Shown: piece by piece, positions 10,468 to 20,878 of the stretch
Position numbering within the stretch: the first letter of the stretch is position 1
Layout of the letters: each line of letters opens with the position of its first letter
Program-made: the position numbers and the translations under genes
Notes under the pieces: model-generated
Database searches by the model: none
The model's input: the letters and a program-made list of their open reading frames with translations, nothing else
Told to the model about the DNA's origin: nothing
NCBI GenBank assembly: GCA_030533225.1
Contig: JAUNJO010000001.1
Span: forward strand, 34,402-98,401
Length of the DNA: 64,000 bases
Reading direction: 5' to 3'
Source of the DNA: Eubacteriales bacterium
GTDB lineage: Bacteria > Bacillota > Clostridia > Oscillospirales > Acutalibacteraceae

Positions 10468-11757
10468 ATGAAAAAATCGTTAACTTTTTTTATCGCTGTT
10501 CTTATGACACTAAGCATAATTTCCGCGGGTAATTTCAGTGCCTCGGTTACTTCTGACGGCTTCACGGTGACACCCCTGAGTGAAATTACCGCCGAAATCA
10601 AGGGTTACACAGGCGAGGGCGGAAGTGTGGCTATCCCCGAAAAAATCGGTGACTACACAGTTGTTTCCGTTGGAGAAAATGCTTTTCTTAAGAATAAGAA
10701 CATCGAATCTCTCAGCATCCCCGAAAGTGTGACCTCCATTGGCAAAAGCGCCTTTGCAGGCTCGTATATCAAATCCGTTACAATGGAAAACGGGGTTGTT
10801 ACTCTTGGCGACAACGCTTTTCGCGAATGTGTCTACCTCGAGAGTATTTCTCTGTCAAAGAGCCTTGACAGTATTCCGCAGGGATGTTTTTACTCATGCA
10901 CAAGGCTCACTACTCTCACAATTCCCGACAGTGTAAAGTCTATCGGTGACAGCGCTCTGTACGGATGCTCTCATCTTGAGGAAATTGAAATTCCCTCCTC
11001 GGTGAAGGTAATCGGCTCATATGCATTGGCAAATAACCTTCAACTTAAAAATATCCAGCTCTGTGAAGGACTGGAAGAAATCAAAAGCTGTGCTTTCTTC
11101 CAAAATCCCATGCTTGACAGGGTGGAAATCCCCTCCACCGTCAAATCAATCGGGGAATACGCCTTCACCGAATGTACAAGCCTTGAATCCGTAACTCTAA
11201 ACGAAGGACTTGAAAGTTTGGGCGAGAGCGCCTTTGACACCTGTCCCGTTAAAGAGATTTATCTGCCGGAAACCCTGAAGAGTATCGGCGAATTTGCAGT
11301 AGGCTACTACTACGACCAGGATATGTTCGGTTTTTGTAAGTATGAGAACTTCAGGATAATCTGCAATGAAGGCACCTTAGGTCACGCCTACGCCACAGAT
11401 AACGGTTTCTACTTCGTATTCGCCGATAAAGAAACCACACTCCCCACCGAAGCGCCCACGGAAATTCCCACAATAGTTCCCACTACTGTCCCCACAACTT
11501 CACAGCCTCAAGAGACACTCCCCTCCGCCGAAACAGAGCCTTCTGAGACTACAGTCCCTTCGGAAAACTTACCTCTCGGAGATGTAAATCTTGACGGCAA
11601 ACTGAACATCAAGGACGCAACCGCCATTCAGAAGCATGTGGCAAATATTGAGGTGCTGGGCAACAAATCCCTCTCACTTGCAGATGTTAATCTTGACCTG
11701 AAGATAAATGTTAAAGACGCCACGGAAATTCAGAAGAGAATAGCGGGAATAATCTAA
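10468..11757 (+). CDS. Secreted BspA-type leucine-rich repeat protein with C-terminal dockerin
   Basis: Signal peptide, repeated IPxSVxSIGxxAF LRR_5 units, P/T linker, LGDVNLDGKLNIKDATAIQK duplicated EF-hand. Confidence 0.9.
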   Translation: MKKSLTFFIAVLMTLSIISAGNFSASVTSDGFTVTPLSEITAEIKGYTGEGGSVAIPEKIGDYTVVSVGENAFLKNKNIESLSIPESVTSIGKSAFAGSYIKSVTMENGVVTLGDNAFRECVYLESISLSKSLDSIPQGCFYSCTRLTTLTIPDSVKSIGDSALYGCSHLEEIEIPSSVKVIGSYALANNLQLKNIQLCEGLEEIKSCAFFQNPMLDRVEIPSTVKSIGEYAFTECTSLESVTLNEGLESLGESAFDTCPVKEIYLPETLKSIGEFAVGYYYDQDMFGFCKYENFRIICNEGTLGHAYATDNGFYFVFADKETTLPTEAPTEIPTIVPTTVPTTSQPQETLPSAETEPSETTVPSENLPLGDVNLDGKLNIKDATAIQKHVANIEVLGNKSLSLADVNLDLKINVKDATEIQKRIAGII

Positions 11758-11763
11758 ACCGCA

Positions 11764-11797
11764 AGGGTGCAAGGATATTTGCTTTGCACCCGTTTTT
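11764..11797 (+). terminator. Intrinsic terminator after the LRR-dockerin gene
   Basis: GGGTGCAA...TTGCACCC stem followed by T tract. Confidence 0.75.
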
Positions 11798-11977
11798 GCT
11801 TCGGAAAATACGAAAACTCACGCAAAAATCCCCTGTTCTAAAAGAACAGGGTTTCAAAGGACAGTTATCTTTATGAAAAAGGAATTTGACACACAAATTC
11901 CCTGCTTGTGACAGTATAAGACAAAACTACCCGAAGGAGAGAAAAATAAAACTCTTTTTCGGGTAGTAGTTTTATAT

Positions 11978-12183
11978 AGTGATATTCTTTGCTGCGCTAA
12001 GAGTGATATGATTGCCGCCGGCAATCGTGGTATTAAAACCTATGGTTTTAGTGATATTTTATTCGCCTTTAAAAACTCGCAAAGCGAATAACACTCGGCA
12101 TTAGCCGAATATCACTGTGAAGCAATATCACTCGCCGAAAGGCGAATAAAACTGCCCAAGTGTCCTTAAGAACACTTGGGCAA
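11978..12183. repeat. REP-like palindromic repeat cluster (AGTGATATT / AATATCACT units)
   Basis: Forward units at 11978, 12002, 12050; reverse units at 12087, 12108, 12124; extra hairpins; lies between convergent genes. Confidence 0.6.
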
Positions 12184-12225
12184 AAGAACAGGGGATAAAT
12201 TTTACTCTTAAAAACTATTCTTTTA

Positions 12226-14292
12226 TTATTCGTCGGCGTCAAGCTTTGCCTGCTCAATTACCTTCTGTGCAACATTGGAGGGAGCGTCCTCGTACCTTAC
12301 GAACTCAAAGGTGTAGGTTCCTCTGCCCTGTGTTGCCTGACGGATAAAGGTGTTGAAATCGTGCATCTCAGCCATGGGAACTTCTGCCTCAACAATCTGC
12401 ATGCCGTCTTCACCGGGGCTCATGCCGAGGATTCTGCCTCGGCGCTTGTTTACTTCGCCCATGATATCGCCCATGTGAGCGTCGGAAACAGCAGCCTTAA
12501 GTGTGCCGTAAGGCTCCAAAAGTGTGGGGGCGGCAATTGCCATACCGTTTTTGTAAGCAATCTTTGCAGCCATCTTAAATGCCATTTCGTTGGAATCAAC
12601 AGGATGGTAAGAGCCATCGTAAAGAGTAGCCTTGAGGCCTACAACGGGATAACCTGCAAGAGGTCCCTTGTTGATTGCTTCAAGCAAGCCTTTTTCAACT
12701 GCGGGGAAGAAGTTTTTGGGAACAGAACCGCCCACAACTCTCTCTGAGAATTCAAGTCCTTCTGCATCGCAGGGCTCAAACTCAATCCAAACATCACCGA
12801 ACTGACCGGCACCGCCCGACTGCTTCTTGTGTCTGCCCTGAACCTGTACCTTCTTGCGGATAGCCTCTCTGTATGCTACCTTGGGAATCTTAAGCTCAAC
12901 ATCAACATTGAATTTACTCTTAAGTTTGGAAACTACAACATCAAGCTGCTGGTCACCGAGACCGGTAACAACCATTTCCTTGGTTTCCTTGTCGGACTTA
13001 AAGATAAGTGTGGGATCTTCCTCAACAAGACGAACCATACCCTGAGCGACCTTATCCTCCTCACCCTTCTTCTTGGGGTAGATAGCCATCTTAAAGGTCG
13101 GGTTCTGGTAACGGATGCCTGCAAGGATAACCTTTCTCTTGGGTGAACAAAGGGTGTCGCCTGTGTTAGCGTCGGAAAGCTTCGGGATAGCGCCAATGTC
13201 ACCTGCGCCGATGTAGGCAGCCTCCTCCTGCTTCTTGCCCTTGACGATGAGCACCTTGGTAATTCTCTCCTGCTCTCCTGTTCTCATGTTAATCAGAGAG
13301 GTTTCGGGAGAAATCTTACCTGAAACAACCTTGAAGTATGAAAGCTTGCCGACGAAGGGGTCAGCAACGGTCTTGAAGATAATAGCAGAGGCAGGAGAGT
13401 CCTCGTCAACTGCCACGGAAACATCCTCGCCGTCCTCGTTCTGAGCGATTTCGCCTGCTTTCTTGAGGGCATTGGGAGCGATTTCGGCAATCAAATCCAG
13501 CATCTGCTCAACACCTGCCAGGGTGAGTGCGTCGGCACAGATAACAGGGAACAGTGCGCCGTCCTTAACAGCCAGACGGACACCGCGCAGGATCTCCTCC
13601 TCGGTGAATTCCTCACCGCCGAAGTACTTTTCAAGAAGCTCCTCGTCACTTTCTGCAACGGCTTCCTTCAAAGCGTCCATATAAACATCATAATAATCAA
13701 ACTCAGGGCAGGCAATCTCGGTTGCCTTGCCATTATTATAGGAATAAGCCTTACCTGTCAGGATATTTACATAAGCCTCAGCCTTACCGCCCTTAACAAC
13801 AGGCACAAAGATGGGGCAGACATTCTGACCGAAGGTGTCCTTAAGTCCGTCGAGAATACCGTAGAAATCCACACTCTCGTCACAAAGTCCGTTGACGATG
13901 AAAATTCTTGACAGAGATGAGCGTCTGGCGGCTCTGAATGCCTTTTCGGTACCCACTCCGCTGCCGTGCTTAGCGGAAACAACTACCAAGGCTGTGTCTG
14001 CGGCACGAATACCCTCGGCCTCACCGGATTTGAAGTCGAAAAGTCCGGGAGTGTCAAGAATATTTATCTTCTTATCTCTCCACTCGATAGGTGCAACGGC
14101 AATGGAAACGGAAGCCTTTCTCTTAATCTCCTCAGGGTCAAAGTCCATAACGGTGTTGCCATCGGTTACCTTGCCCAAGCGGTCGCTGCCGCCTGCTATG
14201 TAAATCATTGCCTCAGCCATAGAGGTCATACCTGCCGAACCTCTACCCACGAGAGCCACATTAACGATGTCTTGTGCTTTGTACTGTTTCAA
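12226..14292 (-). CDS. fusA2: Elongation factor G paralog (EF-G2-like) with degenerate GTPase motifs
   Basis: Full EF-G domain order (DTPG, HKKQSGGAGQFG, GSYHPVDS, PTLLEP); TTG start with RBS AAAGGAG; G1 GRGSAGMT, G4 NGLC. Confidence 0.9.
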   Translation of the reverse strand: MKQYKAQDIVNVALVGRGSAGMTSMAEAMIYIAGGSDRLGKVTDGNTVMDFDPEEIKRKASVSIAVAPIEWRDKKINILDTPGLFDFKSGEAEGIRAADTALVVVSAKHGSGVGTEKAFRAARRSSLSRIFIVNGLCDESVDFYGILDGLKDTFGQNVCPIFVPVVKGGKAEAYVNILTGKAYSYNNGKATEIACPEFDYYDVYMDALKEAVAESDEELLEKYFGGEEFTEEEILRGVRLAVKDGALFPVICADALTLAGVEQMLDLIAEIAPNALKKAGEIAQNEDGEDVSVAVDEDSPASAIIFKTVADPFVGKLSYFKVVSGKISPETSLINMRTGEQERITKVLIVKGKKQEEAAYIGAGDIGAIPKLSDANTGDTLCSPKRKVILAGIRYQNPTFKMAIYPKKKGEEDKVAQGMVRLVEEDPTLIFKSDKETKEMVVTGLGDQQLDVVVSKLKSKFNVDVELKIPKVAYREAIRKKVQVQGRHKKQSGGAGQFGDVWIEFEPCDAEGLEFSERVVGGSVPKNFFPAVEKGLLEAINKGPLAGYPVVGLKATLYDGSYHPVDSNEMAFKMAAKIAYKNGMAIAAPTLLEPYGTLKAAVSDAHMGDIMGEVNKRRGRILGMSPGEDGMQIVEAEVPMAEMHDFNTFIRQATQGRGTYTFEFVRYEDAPSNVAQKVIEQAKLDADE

Positions 14293-14719
14293 AATGTTTA
14301 TCTCCTTTCGAGCTCCGTAACGAGCAAGTCGATTGTTAAAAGTTACTAATATTGTAACCACTTTTTAATTATATCAAAGCAATTTTTATAACACAACAAA
14401 AAAGTGTCCGAGAACCGAAAAATCAACTTCTTAGCCAATATAACAGGCCGACATTTGTGCAATTTGTATAGTAGTTTTTCTCATTTTTCTTATTATTTAA
14501 CCTAACATAACAAGTTTTATTCCTGTGTAGAATTATTATATGCAAAGAAACATCCTCACAGACCTAAACTGCGTTAAGTTGTTGTGTCGTAAGTTTTATT
14601 TGCAAGTAAAATACACAAATAGACGGCTGTACATTTGTACCTATTGCTAATAGTTTTATTTTTCTGAAATGTGATATAATTTTGAATGTAGAATTCAAAT
14701 TCATTTTGGAGGTGCAATA

Positions 14720-17700
14720 ATGAAATCATTTTTAAGAAAATCACTTGCTGTCCTTCTTGCAGTCCTGAGTGTTTTGGGACTTTTCGGAGGAATATCCACA
14801 GTCTTCGCCGCTGAAGGCTACAAAGCAGGGGATGTAATCTATGTTGACTACTCCGCCATTCCCCAGTGGTACACAGGAGTGGCTGACACAGGCTTCGGTA
14901 AGGTTACATCCGTACTCTATATCAACTTCTCGGCAAGCACCCGCTATGACTCGGGGGAAAAGGAAACCGTCACTATCGGCGATGTCACAGCTCGCTTTGA
15001 CCCCAAAACGGTTACCGAAAAGGTCGATGACTGCGTATATAAATATGTTGTGACCGAGGCAGACGCAGGCAAAACAACTCTCCGCTTCTGGAGAGGAAGC
15101 GAAACTAACCTTTGGAATCACTCCGTAGAGCTTACCTATGAGGATTTCTCCAAAGGCTACAACACCGTTTACGTTAACGACTACAACAACGGCGCCGAGG
15201 CTGTGGGCTCTGTGGGCACAAGCGAATACCTGCCCTATGATATTGAAGCAGAGCTTTCAATACTCCCTGTAGAAGAACAGGAGAACACCTACACCGTAAA
15301 TGTGTCCTGCAAAACCGAATTGCCCGTTGAGGCTCGGTATGAATACGAAATCTTCATAAACGAAGAGACCGTAGGCAAGACTCAAACCCACACCTTTACA
15401 GCCACAAACGTATATAACGCCATCAAAGCTACCGTCACCGCCACCGATACAGACGGCAATCTACTTGCAAAATGTGAAGTTACCGGTCAAATAATAATCG
15501 GCGGCACTGTTGTAAACAATGTTCAGGAAAATAACCTCTACGCTCACGCCGTTGTTGACGGCGGTCAGGACAATGACGCTTGGACCTATGCGGAAAAAGT
15601 GAGTGGCAAGTACTACTTCTTCCTGCCCTCTTCTGCAAGCGCCTCTCAGGTTGAGCTTTACAGCACCTACTCCTCACCTATAACAATCGGGGACACCGTA
15701 ATTAATCCCGGCGAGGTCAAAACCATTAACTACACAGCAGATACCAACTACTCCGTTACCGGCGGCGCAAATTATACCCTCTCCTTTAAGCGTTCCGGTG
15801 CTGAAGCCGCTGTATATGTGAACAACGACGGCACGGTTGACGGTTCACTTTGGAGCTTCTTAACCGCTGACAAAGAGAACTACACCTCCTGCTTTGCGGC
15901 AATCGCAAACGCTGACGGAACTCTTGACAATACCGATGTGAAAAAGATTAAGGGACGCGGCAACACCACATGGATGGCAGACAAAAAGCCCTTTAACCTC
16001 AACTTCAAATCCGCTGTTACAGTGGGCACGATGCAAACCACCAAGAAGTATTCCCTCCTTGCTAACTTCCAAGATGCCGCTATGGCTCGCAACCGCGTAC
16101 TTTACGACTTGGGAGATGCAGTCTCATTGCGTTACTCCTGCGACTCAAGATTTGTTGACTTCTATGTGGACGGCAGGTACATGGGTCAGTATCAAATGTG
16201 TCAGAAAATCGAACCCGGTGCAGACAACTTAGTAAACGAAATGGAAGATGACTGCCATATTGACTCAAACGGCAACTATGTAGAGGAATATCCTCTTCTC
16301 TTAGAGATTCCCTATGGGGAGGACTTCTGGACCTCTACGAACTCAGGCTTCGATGTTGTCATAAAGTCTCCCGATGTTGAGGGCAACGACAACCTCTATG
16401 CAAACGAAGTCAAGCAGTATGTTAAAACCCGATTTGATGCAATGGTAAACGCCATTAAGCAGGACAGTGAAAATCTCTCGGATTATATCAATATCGAGTC
16501 CTTTGCCAAGGCATATCTCATTCAGGAGCTGGGCAAGAACTGGGACACACACTCCTGGTATCTCGTATATGTTCCCGACGAGAACGGTGTTTACAAATTC
16601 GAAGCCTCTCCCGTTTGGGATTTTGACAACTCCATCGGCAATGCAAACGGTGTGGGAACTGACCTAAAAAAATTCGGTGTTGACGACTACACTCTGCCTA
16701 CAGGCTGGTGGGGCAAATACAAGACAGGTTCAAATAACATGACCTACCTCTGCACTCAGAACTCTCAGATTATGGAAGCCGCAAAGACCGTATGGTTTAA
16801 GAATTTTGTTCCTGCTCTTGATGTTTACGCATCAAACGGAAACACCCAAAAGGAAATTCTCTCGGCAGATGTTTACTACAATTCTCTCAAAGACTCCGCC
16901 GAGATGAACTATATGAAGTGGAGCCTTCTCACCAACTCAGGTTGGGTTGCAGACCACGGCAAATTAACCAAGGCAACCTTTGACTGTGAAACCCTCACCT
17001 ACACGGTTGACAGTACCCCGACAACCTACAATCAGTACACCTTCAAAGGTCAGTTTGACTACATGACCGACTGGCTCATGTCAAGAGCCGCTTGGATTTC
17101 CAACGAGTGGAAAGACTACTATGTTCCCGGCGAAGAAGTACCCGATGCACCTGTGACGGAAACAAAACCCGAACAGGTACCCTCGGCCGAGGTAACTCTC
17201 CCCGAAAACACCTTAACCGCTTTCGTATTCGACTCCTGGGGCAAAACCGAGGAGGAAAAACTCACAGAATACGGCGACAAGTCAGGTTATAATGCTACCT
17301 TCGGAGAAGGTGTTTTGAGAGCCAGTGTAAATTCCGACGGCTACCGCGCACTTGAGTGGTCAATAATGGAATACGGCGAAAGCGGACTTGAAATCGTACC
17401 CCTTATGACCGCAGGAAGCAAAAACCCCTGGGGCGACAATCCCTATGTTGAGGTTCAGCTTTCAACCAAGGGGTTTGAAGATATTGCAATCTCCCTCACC
17501 TCCGCAGGCTCTAAGAAATGTCCTGCAAGCTGGCAGCTTGCCTACAGCTATGACGGTGTAAACTTTACCGACATTGACGGCGCTGCCTACACTATCTCGG
17601 CTGAAAACAGAAAACTCCCCATAGTTTACTTTGACGGTACACCTCTGCCCCATGCAGTAGCCGACAAGGACACAGTTATCCTCAGACTGTACGCCAAATC

Positions 17701-18100
17701 CAACATAACCGTAGGCGGCGGTACAACCGCGGATGACCCCACAGGCGGTGAGTTATTAATCAACAACATTATTATCACAGGCTCTCCCGTGAGCAGCACA
17801 GTACCCTCCACCTCCGCCACAGAACCCACCGAGACAACCTCTCCTGCGACAACTACACAACCCTCCGACCCCTTAGATGAGCTTATCTTAGGTGATGTGG
17901 ACTTAAGCGGTAAGGTGAATGTCAAGGACGCAACCCTAATCCAAAAGCACATTGCAAACCTGGAAACATTCAACGAAATGCAGCTTAAATGTTCAGATGC
18001 AAACTGCGACGAGGCAGTTAACATCAAGGACGCAACCGAAATCCAGAAGTTCGTTGCAAATCTTCTGAGTGACAGTCCCATCGGAAAGATTATCCCATAA
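14720..18100 (+). CDS. Secreted CotH-kinase-family protein with C-terminal dockerin
   Basis: Signal peptide; IKGRGNTTW, KKPFNL, PVWDFDNS CotH motifs; LGDVDLSGKVNVKDATLIQK dockerin. Confidence 0.85.
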   Translation: MKSFLRKSLAVLLAVLSVLGLFGGISTVFAAEGYKAGDVIYVDYSAIPQWYTGVADTGFGKVTSVLYINFSASTRYDSGEKETVTIGDVTARFDPKTVTEKVDDCVYKYVVTEADAGKTTLRFWRGSETNLWNHSVELTYEDFSKGYNTVYVNDYNNGAEAVGSVGTSEYLPYDIEAELSILPVEEQENTYTVNVSCKTELPVEARYEYEIFINEETVGKTQTHTFTATNVYNAIKATVTATDTDGNLLAKCEVTGQIIIGGTVVNNVQENNLYAHAVVDGGQDNDAWTYAEKVSGKYYFFLPSSASASQVELYSTYSSPITIGDTVINPGEVKTINYTADTNYSVTGGANYTLSFKRSGAEAAVYVNNDGTVDGSLWSFLTADKENYTSCFAAIANADGTLDNTDVKKIKGRGNTTWMADKKPFNLNFKSAVTVGTMQTTKKYSLLANFQDAAMARNRVLYDLGDAVSLRYSCDSRFVDFYVDGRYMGQYQMCQKIEPGADNLVNEMEDDCHIDSNGNYVEEYPLLLEIPYGEDFWTSTNSGFDVVIKSPDVEGNDNLYANEVKQYVKTRFDAMVNAIKQDSENLSDYINIESFAKAYLIQELGKNWDTHSWYLVYVPDENGVYKFEASPVWDFDNSIGNANGVGTDLKKFGVDDYTLPTGWWGKYKTGSNNMTYLCTQNSQIMEAAKTVWFKNFVPALDVYASNGNTQKEILSADVYYNSLKDSAEMNYMKWSLLTNSGWVADHGKLTKATFDCETLTYTVDSTPTTYNQYTFKGQFDYMTDWLMSRAAWISNEWKDYYVPGEEVPDAPVTETKPEQVPSAEVTLPENTLTAFVFDSWGKTEEEKLTEYGDKSGYNATFGEGVLRASVNSDGYRALEWSIMEYGESGLEIVPLMTAGSKNPWGDNPYVEVQLSTKGFEDIAISLTSAGSKKCPASWQLAYSYDGVNFTDIDGAAYTISAENRKLPIVYFDGTPLPHAVADKDTVILRLYAKSNITVGGGTTADDPTGGELLINNIIITGSPVSSTVPSTSATEPTETTSPATTTQPSDPLDELILGDVDLSGKVNVKDATLIQKHIANLETFNEMQLKCSDANCDEAVNIKDATEIQKFVANLLSDSPIGKIIP

Positions 18101-18173
18101 GCAAAACACAGCAAAAACTCCCGACGCCGTAAACGCCGGGAGTTTTTTTAGGTTATTATCGCCATAAGCTTGT

Positions 18174-20543
18174 TTACAGATTTACGGAAAACTCCTTGCC
18201 GATTTCAAAGGGGATGGGCATATTGGCGACGAACTTTTGAATATTTGTTGCGTCTATAACATTCACCCTGCTGTCAAGGTTAACATCAGCCGCTAACAAG
18301 CCCAATTCGTCTAAATTCTCCAGCTTTGCCGAATACTTTTGGATGAGAGTCGCATCCTTGATATTGATTCTTCCGTCAAGGTCTGCGTCACCAAGCTTGT
18401 AGGTTAATGCAGGAGTTACCGTTGTCACAGCAGTAGTTGTGACTGCAGTCTCCGTTGTGCTCTCGGAAGTAGATGCGGTCGGCTCCGATTCATCCGGGGT
18501 AGCGGTAGTGGAAACCTCAGTTGTAACGGGTACTGAAGTGGGGTCAACATCAGAGTACACATAACTCTCAACATTCCATTTTCCGTCCGCCGTCTTATCG
18601 GTAACGTAGTAACCCAGGCCATCCGAGATTCCCCCGTCTATGTTCACGGTTTGGTTGCGGCCGGTACCCCCAAACACAAAGCCCTCAACATCAGCGGGGA
18701 TTTGGGCGGTGTAAATATCATATCCGTAGGAATTTGTCCTGACATAAGTCATAGGCACACCGGGCCAATAGACAGTATCCTGCTCACTTCCCCAATAGTA
18801 CACATTCACCTCGTCCCAGTTTTGGTTGTTGGTAAAGTACACATTGATCATTTCGGTCTGCTTCTCGGTTGTGGGAACAACAGTTGTAGCCGGTGCTGAT
18901 GTTGTCACTTCCTCAGGTATAGTAGTTTCTGCAGGATCTGTGGCAACGGTAGTTTGAGGCACAGTGGTCTCTACCGGGTCAGTGGAAACAGTGGTCTCGG
19001 GTACGGTGGTCTCGGATACGGTGGTCACAGGTGAGGTTGTAAGCTCTGTAACAGGCGCTGTAGTCTCAGCAGGAGTTGTAGGTTCGGAAGAAAGGTTTTC
19101 GGTTATCGCCTTAATTACAAAAGTACCGCCCATATCGTCGTTCAAATATTTGGAATAAAGGTCCTTTACGTCCTGAATATCCGATGACATCATTAGGTAA
19201 CTCATGTCTCTCTCTGCCTGTGACACGAAAATATAATCACTTCCGTTATTCAGCCACTCGCAGACGCCTATGGAATTATATGAGGCGGTATTTTGAGTAT
19301 TAATACGAATACCGATAGCACCCTTGCCTGCGGGCACCTCAACATTATCAAAATCCTCACATATGTAACCGGTGTAGGTAACAGTTCCCCGGCAGAGAGT
19401 TTGCCACAAATCGGTATCCGAGGTGGGCTGAGTATTTGCGTATGGGATATAATACACGGTATAGTCGGCGCCAAAAGCCGTGGTTTCAAAGATTACCTTA
19501 TCGAGAGTTCTATCCTCCTCGGAGAAGTCAAAGGCATTCATGTAAACAATATCCTTGTAGTTTCCCAGGTAGTTGAATTCATAAGTAGCTCCGTAAATTT
19601 CGTTTTGATAAATAGCCATTTCATCGGTTACTTTATCGAATCCGGTTATGGCATAGCTGGGCCCGAAAATTTTATCATAGAGCCAAACATCCTCGTAGGA
19701 AATATAGAAGTAACCTCCGTCGCCTGTATATGTGCCCCAGCTGTTTTTAATTATCCAAGCGCCGTTTTCTTTGGGAGTACCGGAAATACTTCCTGAAAAG
19801 TTCTCCTTCGGATAGTTATCGTCCCAACCCACAACGCTTACAGCGTGACCCATAAGATTTCCTAAACTAATGGTTGAGTCGGCACAGTAGTAGTCTCTGT
19901 TATTGCTCAGATATTGTCTATCCGAGTTAAAATTGGCAACTGCGGAACCGTACTTATAAATAAGGAGCTTTATACTGTCTCTGTCGGCATCATCGTTAAA
20001 GAATGTTACCGAGGTCGGTGCGTACTGAGGGGTAGCCGAAAATCTGTCAAAATCGCTCTCTGTGCTTTCCTCCGGGAAAGCTTCAATGCTAAACGGACCC
20101 TGACGGCTCATAAGATAGCCGAGGGGAATGTATGAATATCCGGCTGAGTCCGCCTCTCTCTGCCAGCCTGTGCCGTCCTCGTTTACGGTTCCCCAGATGT
20201 TCATGTGCTGAACAGAATAGACATCCGTTTCGATGTTGTTTTTAAGGAGCAAAGTCTCAAAACTCGCAAGAGAACCGAAAGCCCAACAGGTGTTGGATTG
20301 CTGAGTTCTGACAGGAGTGGTGAAGCCAGCCTCCTTTGAGCTGTACCGTGACGGCAAATCAACACCCACAGGCAAGATTTCAACATTTTCGGGAATATTG
20401 CTGCTCACGGGGAGCACTCCGCCTGTCATATTCGCACCGAGTGTGACGGGTGTGTCCTCCACCTCCACCGCAGATACCGAAACAGCTGTTATAATCAACA
20501 ACAAAGAAAGCAAAATTGCGGTGAATTTTCTGTAGACCTTCAT
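18174..20543 (-). CDS. Papain-like (C1A) cysteine peptidase + P/T linker + CBM26-like starch-binding module + dockerin
   Basis: QSNTCWAF, GHAVSVVGWDD, IKNSWG catalytic triad; VYFTNNQNWDEVNVYYW module; dockerin; ATG 20543 with RBS. Confidence 0.85.
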   Translation of the reverse strand: MKVYRKFTAILLSLLLIITAVSVSAVEVEDTPVTLGANMTGGVLPVSSNIPENVEILPVGVDLPSRYSSKEAGFTTPVRTQQSNTCWAFGSLASFETLLLKNNIETDVYSVQHMNIWGTVNEDGTGWQREADSAGYSYIPLGYLMSRQGPFSIEAFPEESTESDFDRFSATPQYAPTSVTFFNDDADRDSIKLLIYKYGSAVANFNSDRQYLSNNRDYYCADSTISLGNLMGHAVSVVGWDDNYPKENFSGSISGTPKENGAWIIKNSWGTYTGDGGYFYISYEDVWLYDKIFGPSYAITGFDKVTDEMAIYQNEIYGATYEFNYLGNYKDIVYMNAFDFSEEDRTLDKVIFETTAFGADYTVYYIPYANTQPTSDTDLWQTLCRGTVTYTGYICEDFDNVEVPAGKGAIGIRINTQNTASYNSIGVCEWLNNGSDYIFVSQAERDMSYLMMSSDIQDVKDLYSKYLNDDMGGTFVIKAITENLSSEPTTPAETTAPVTELTTSPVTTVSETTVPETTVSTDPVETTVPQTTVATDPAETTIPEEVTTSAPATTVVPTTEKQTEMINVYFTNNQNWDEVNVYYWGSEQDTVYWPGVPMTYVRTNSYGYDIYTAQIPADVEGFVFGGTGRNQTVNIDGGISDGLGYYVTDKTADGKWNVESYVYSDVDPTSVPVTTEVSTTATPDESEPTASTSESTTETAVTTTAVTTVTPALTYKLGDADLDGRINIKDATLIQKYSAKLENLDELGLLAADVNLDSRVNVIDATNIQKFVANMPIPFEIGKEFSVNL

Positions 20544-20878
20544 TGGATACTCCTCCCGATACATATGTATTTTCATTAATATATTAACACAGGCGACAAG
20601 CCCTGTAAAGTGTTGATTTCTTATACACGGACTTTTGGCATCGGTTTTGATGAAAGTCACGAAAAAAAACAGTATTCGGTTTATCCTTATGTTGCTGTTT
20701 CTTGTTCTGTCTGCAATCAGCGGATTACTGATTGATTTTTATATATTCCGTTCCTTCACAGTAGATTGATATAATACTTCTTCATTTGTAGTCCCTCCAT
20801 TCGATTACAGTATATCCATAATCGTTGCCAGCTTCAAATATACAAAAACAGAACCCCGAACTAAACAGTCCGAGGTTC

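Noticed and set aside
18850-19090. Tandem ~15-bp repeats
   Set aside because: They encode the Thr/Pro linker of the protease and are ordinary low-complexity coding sequence.
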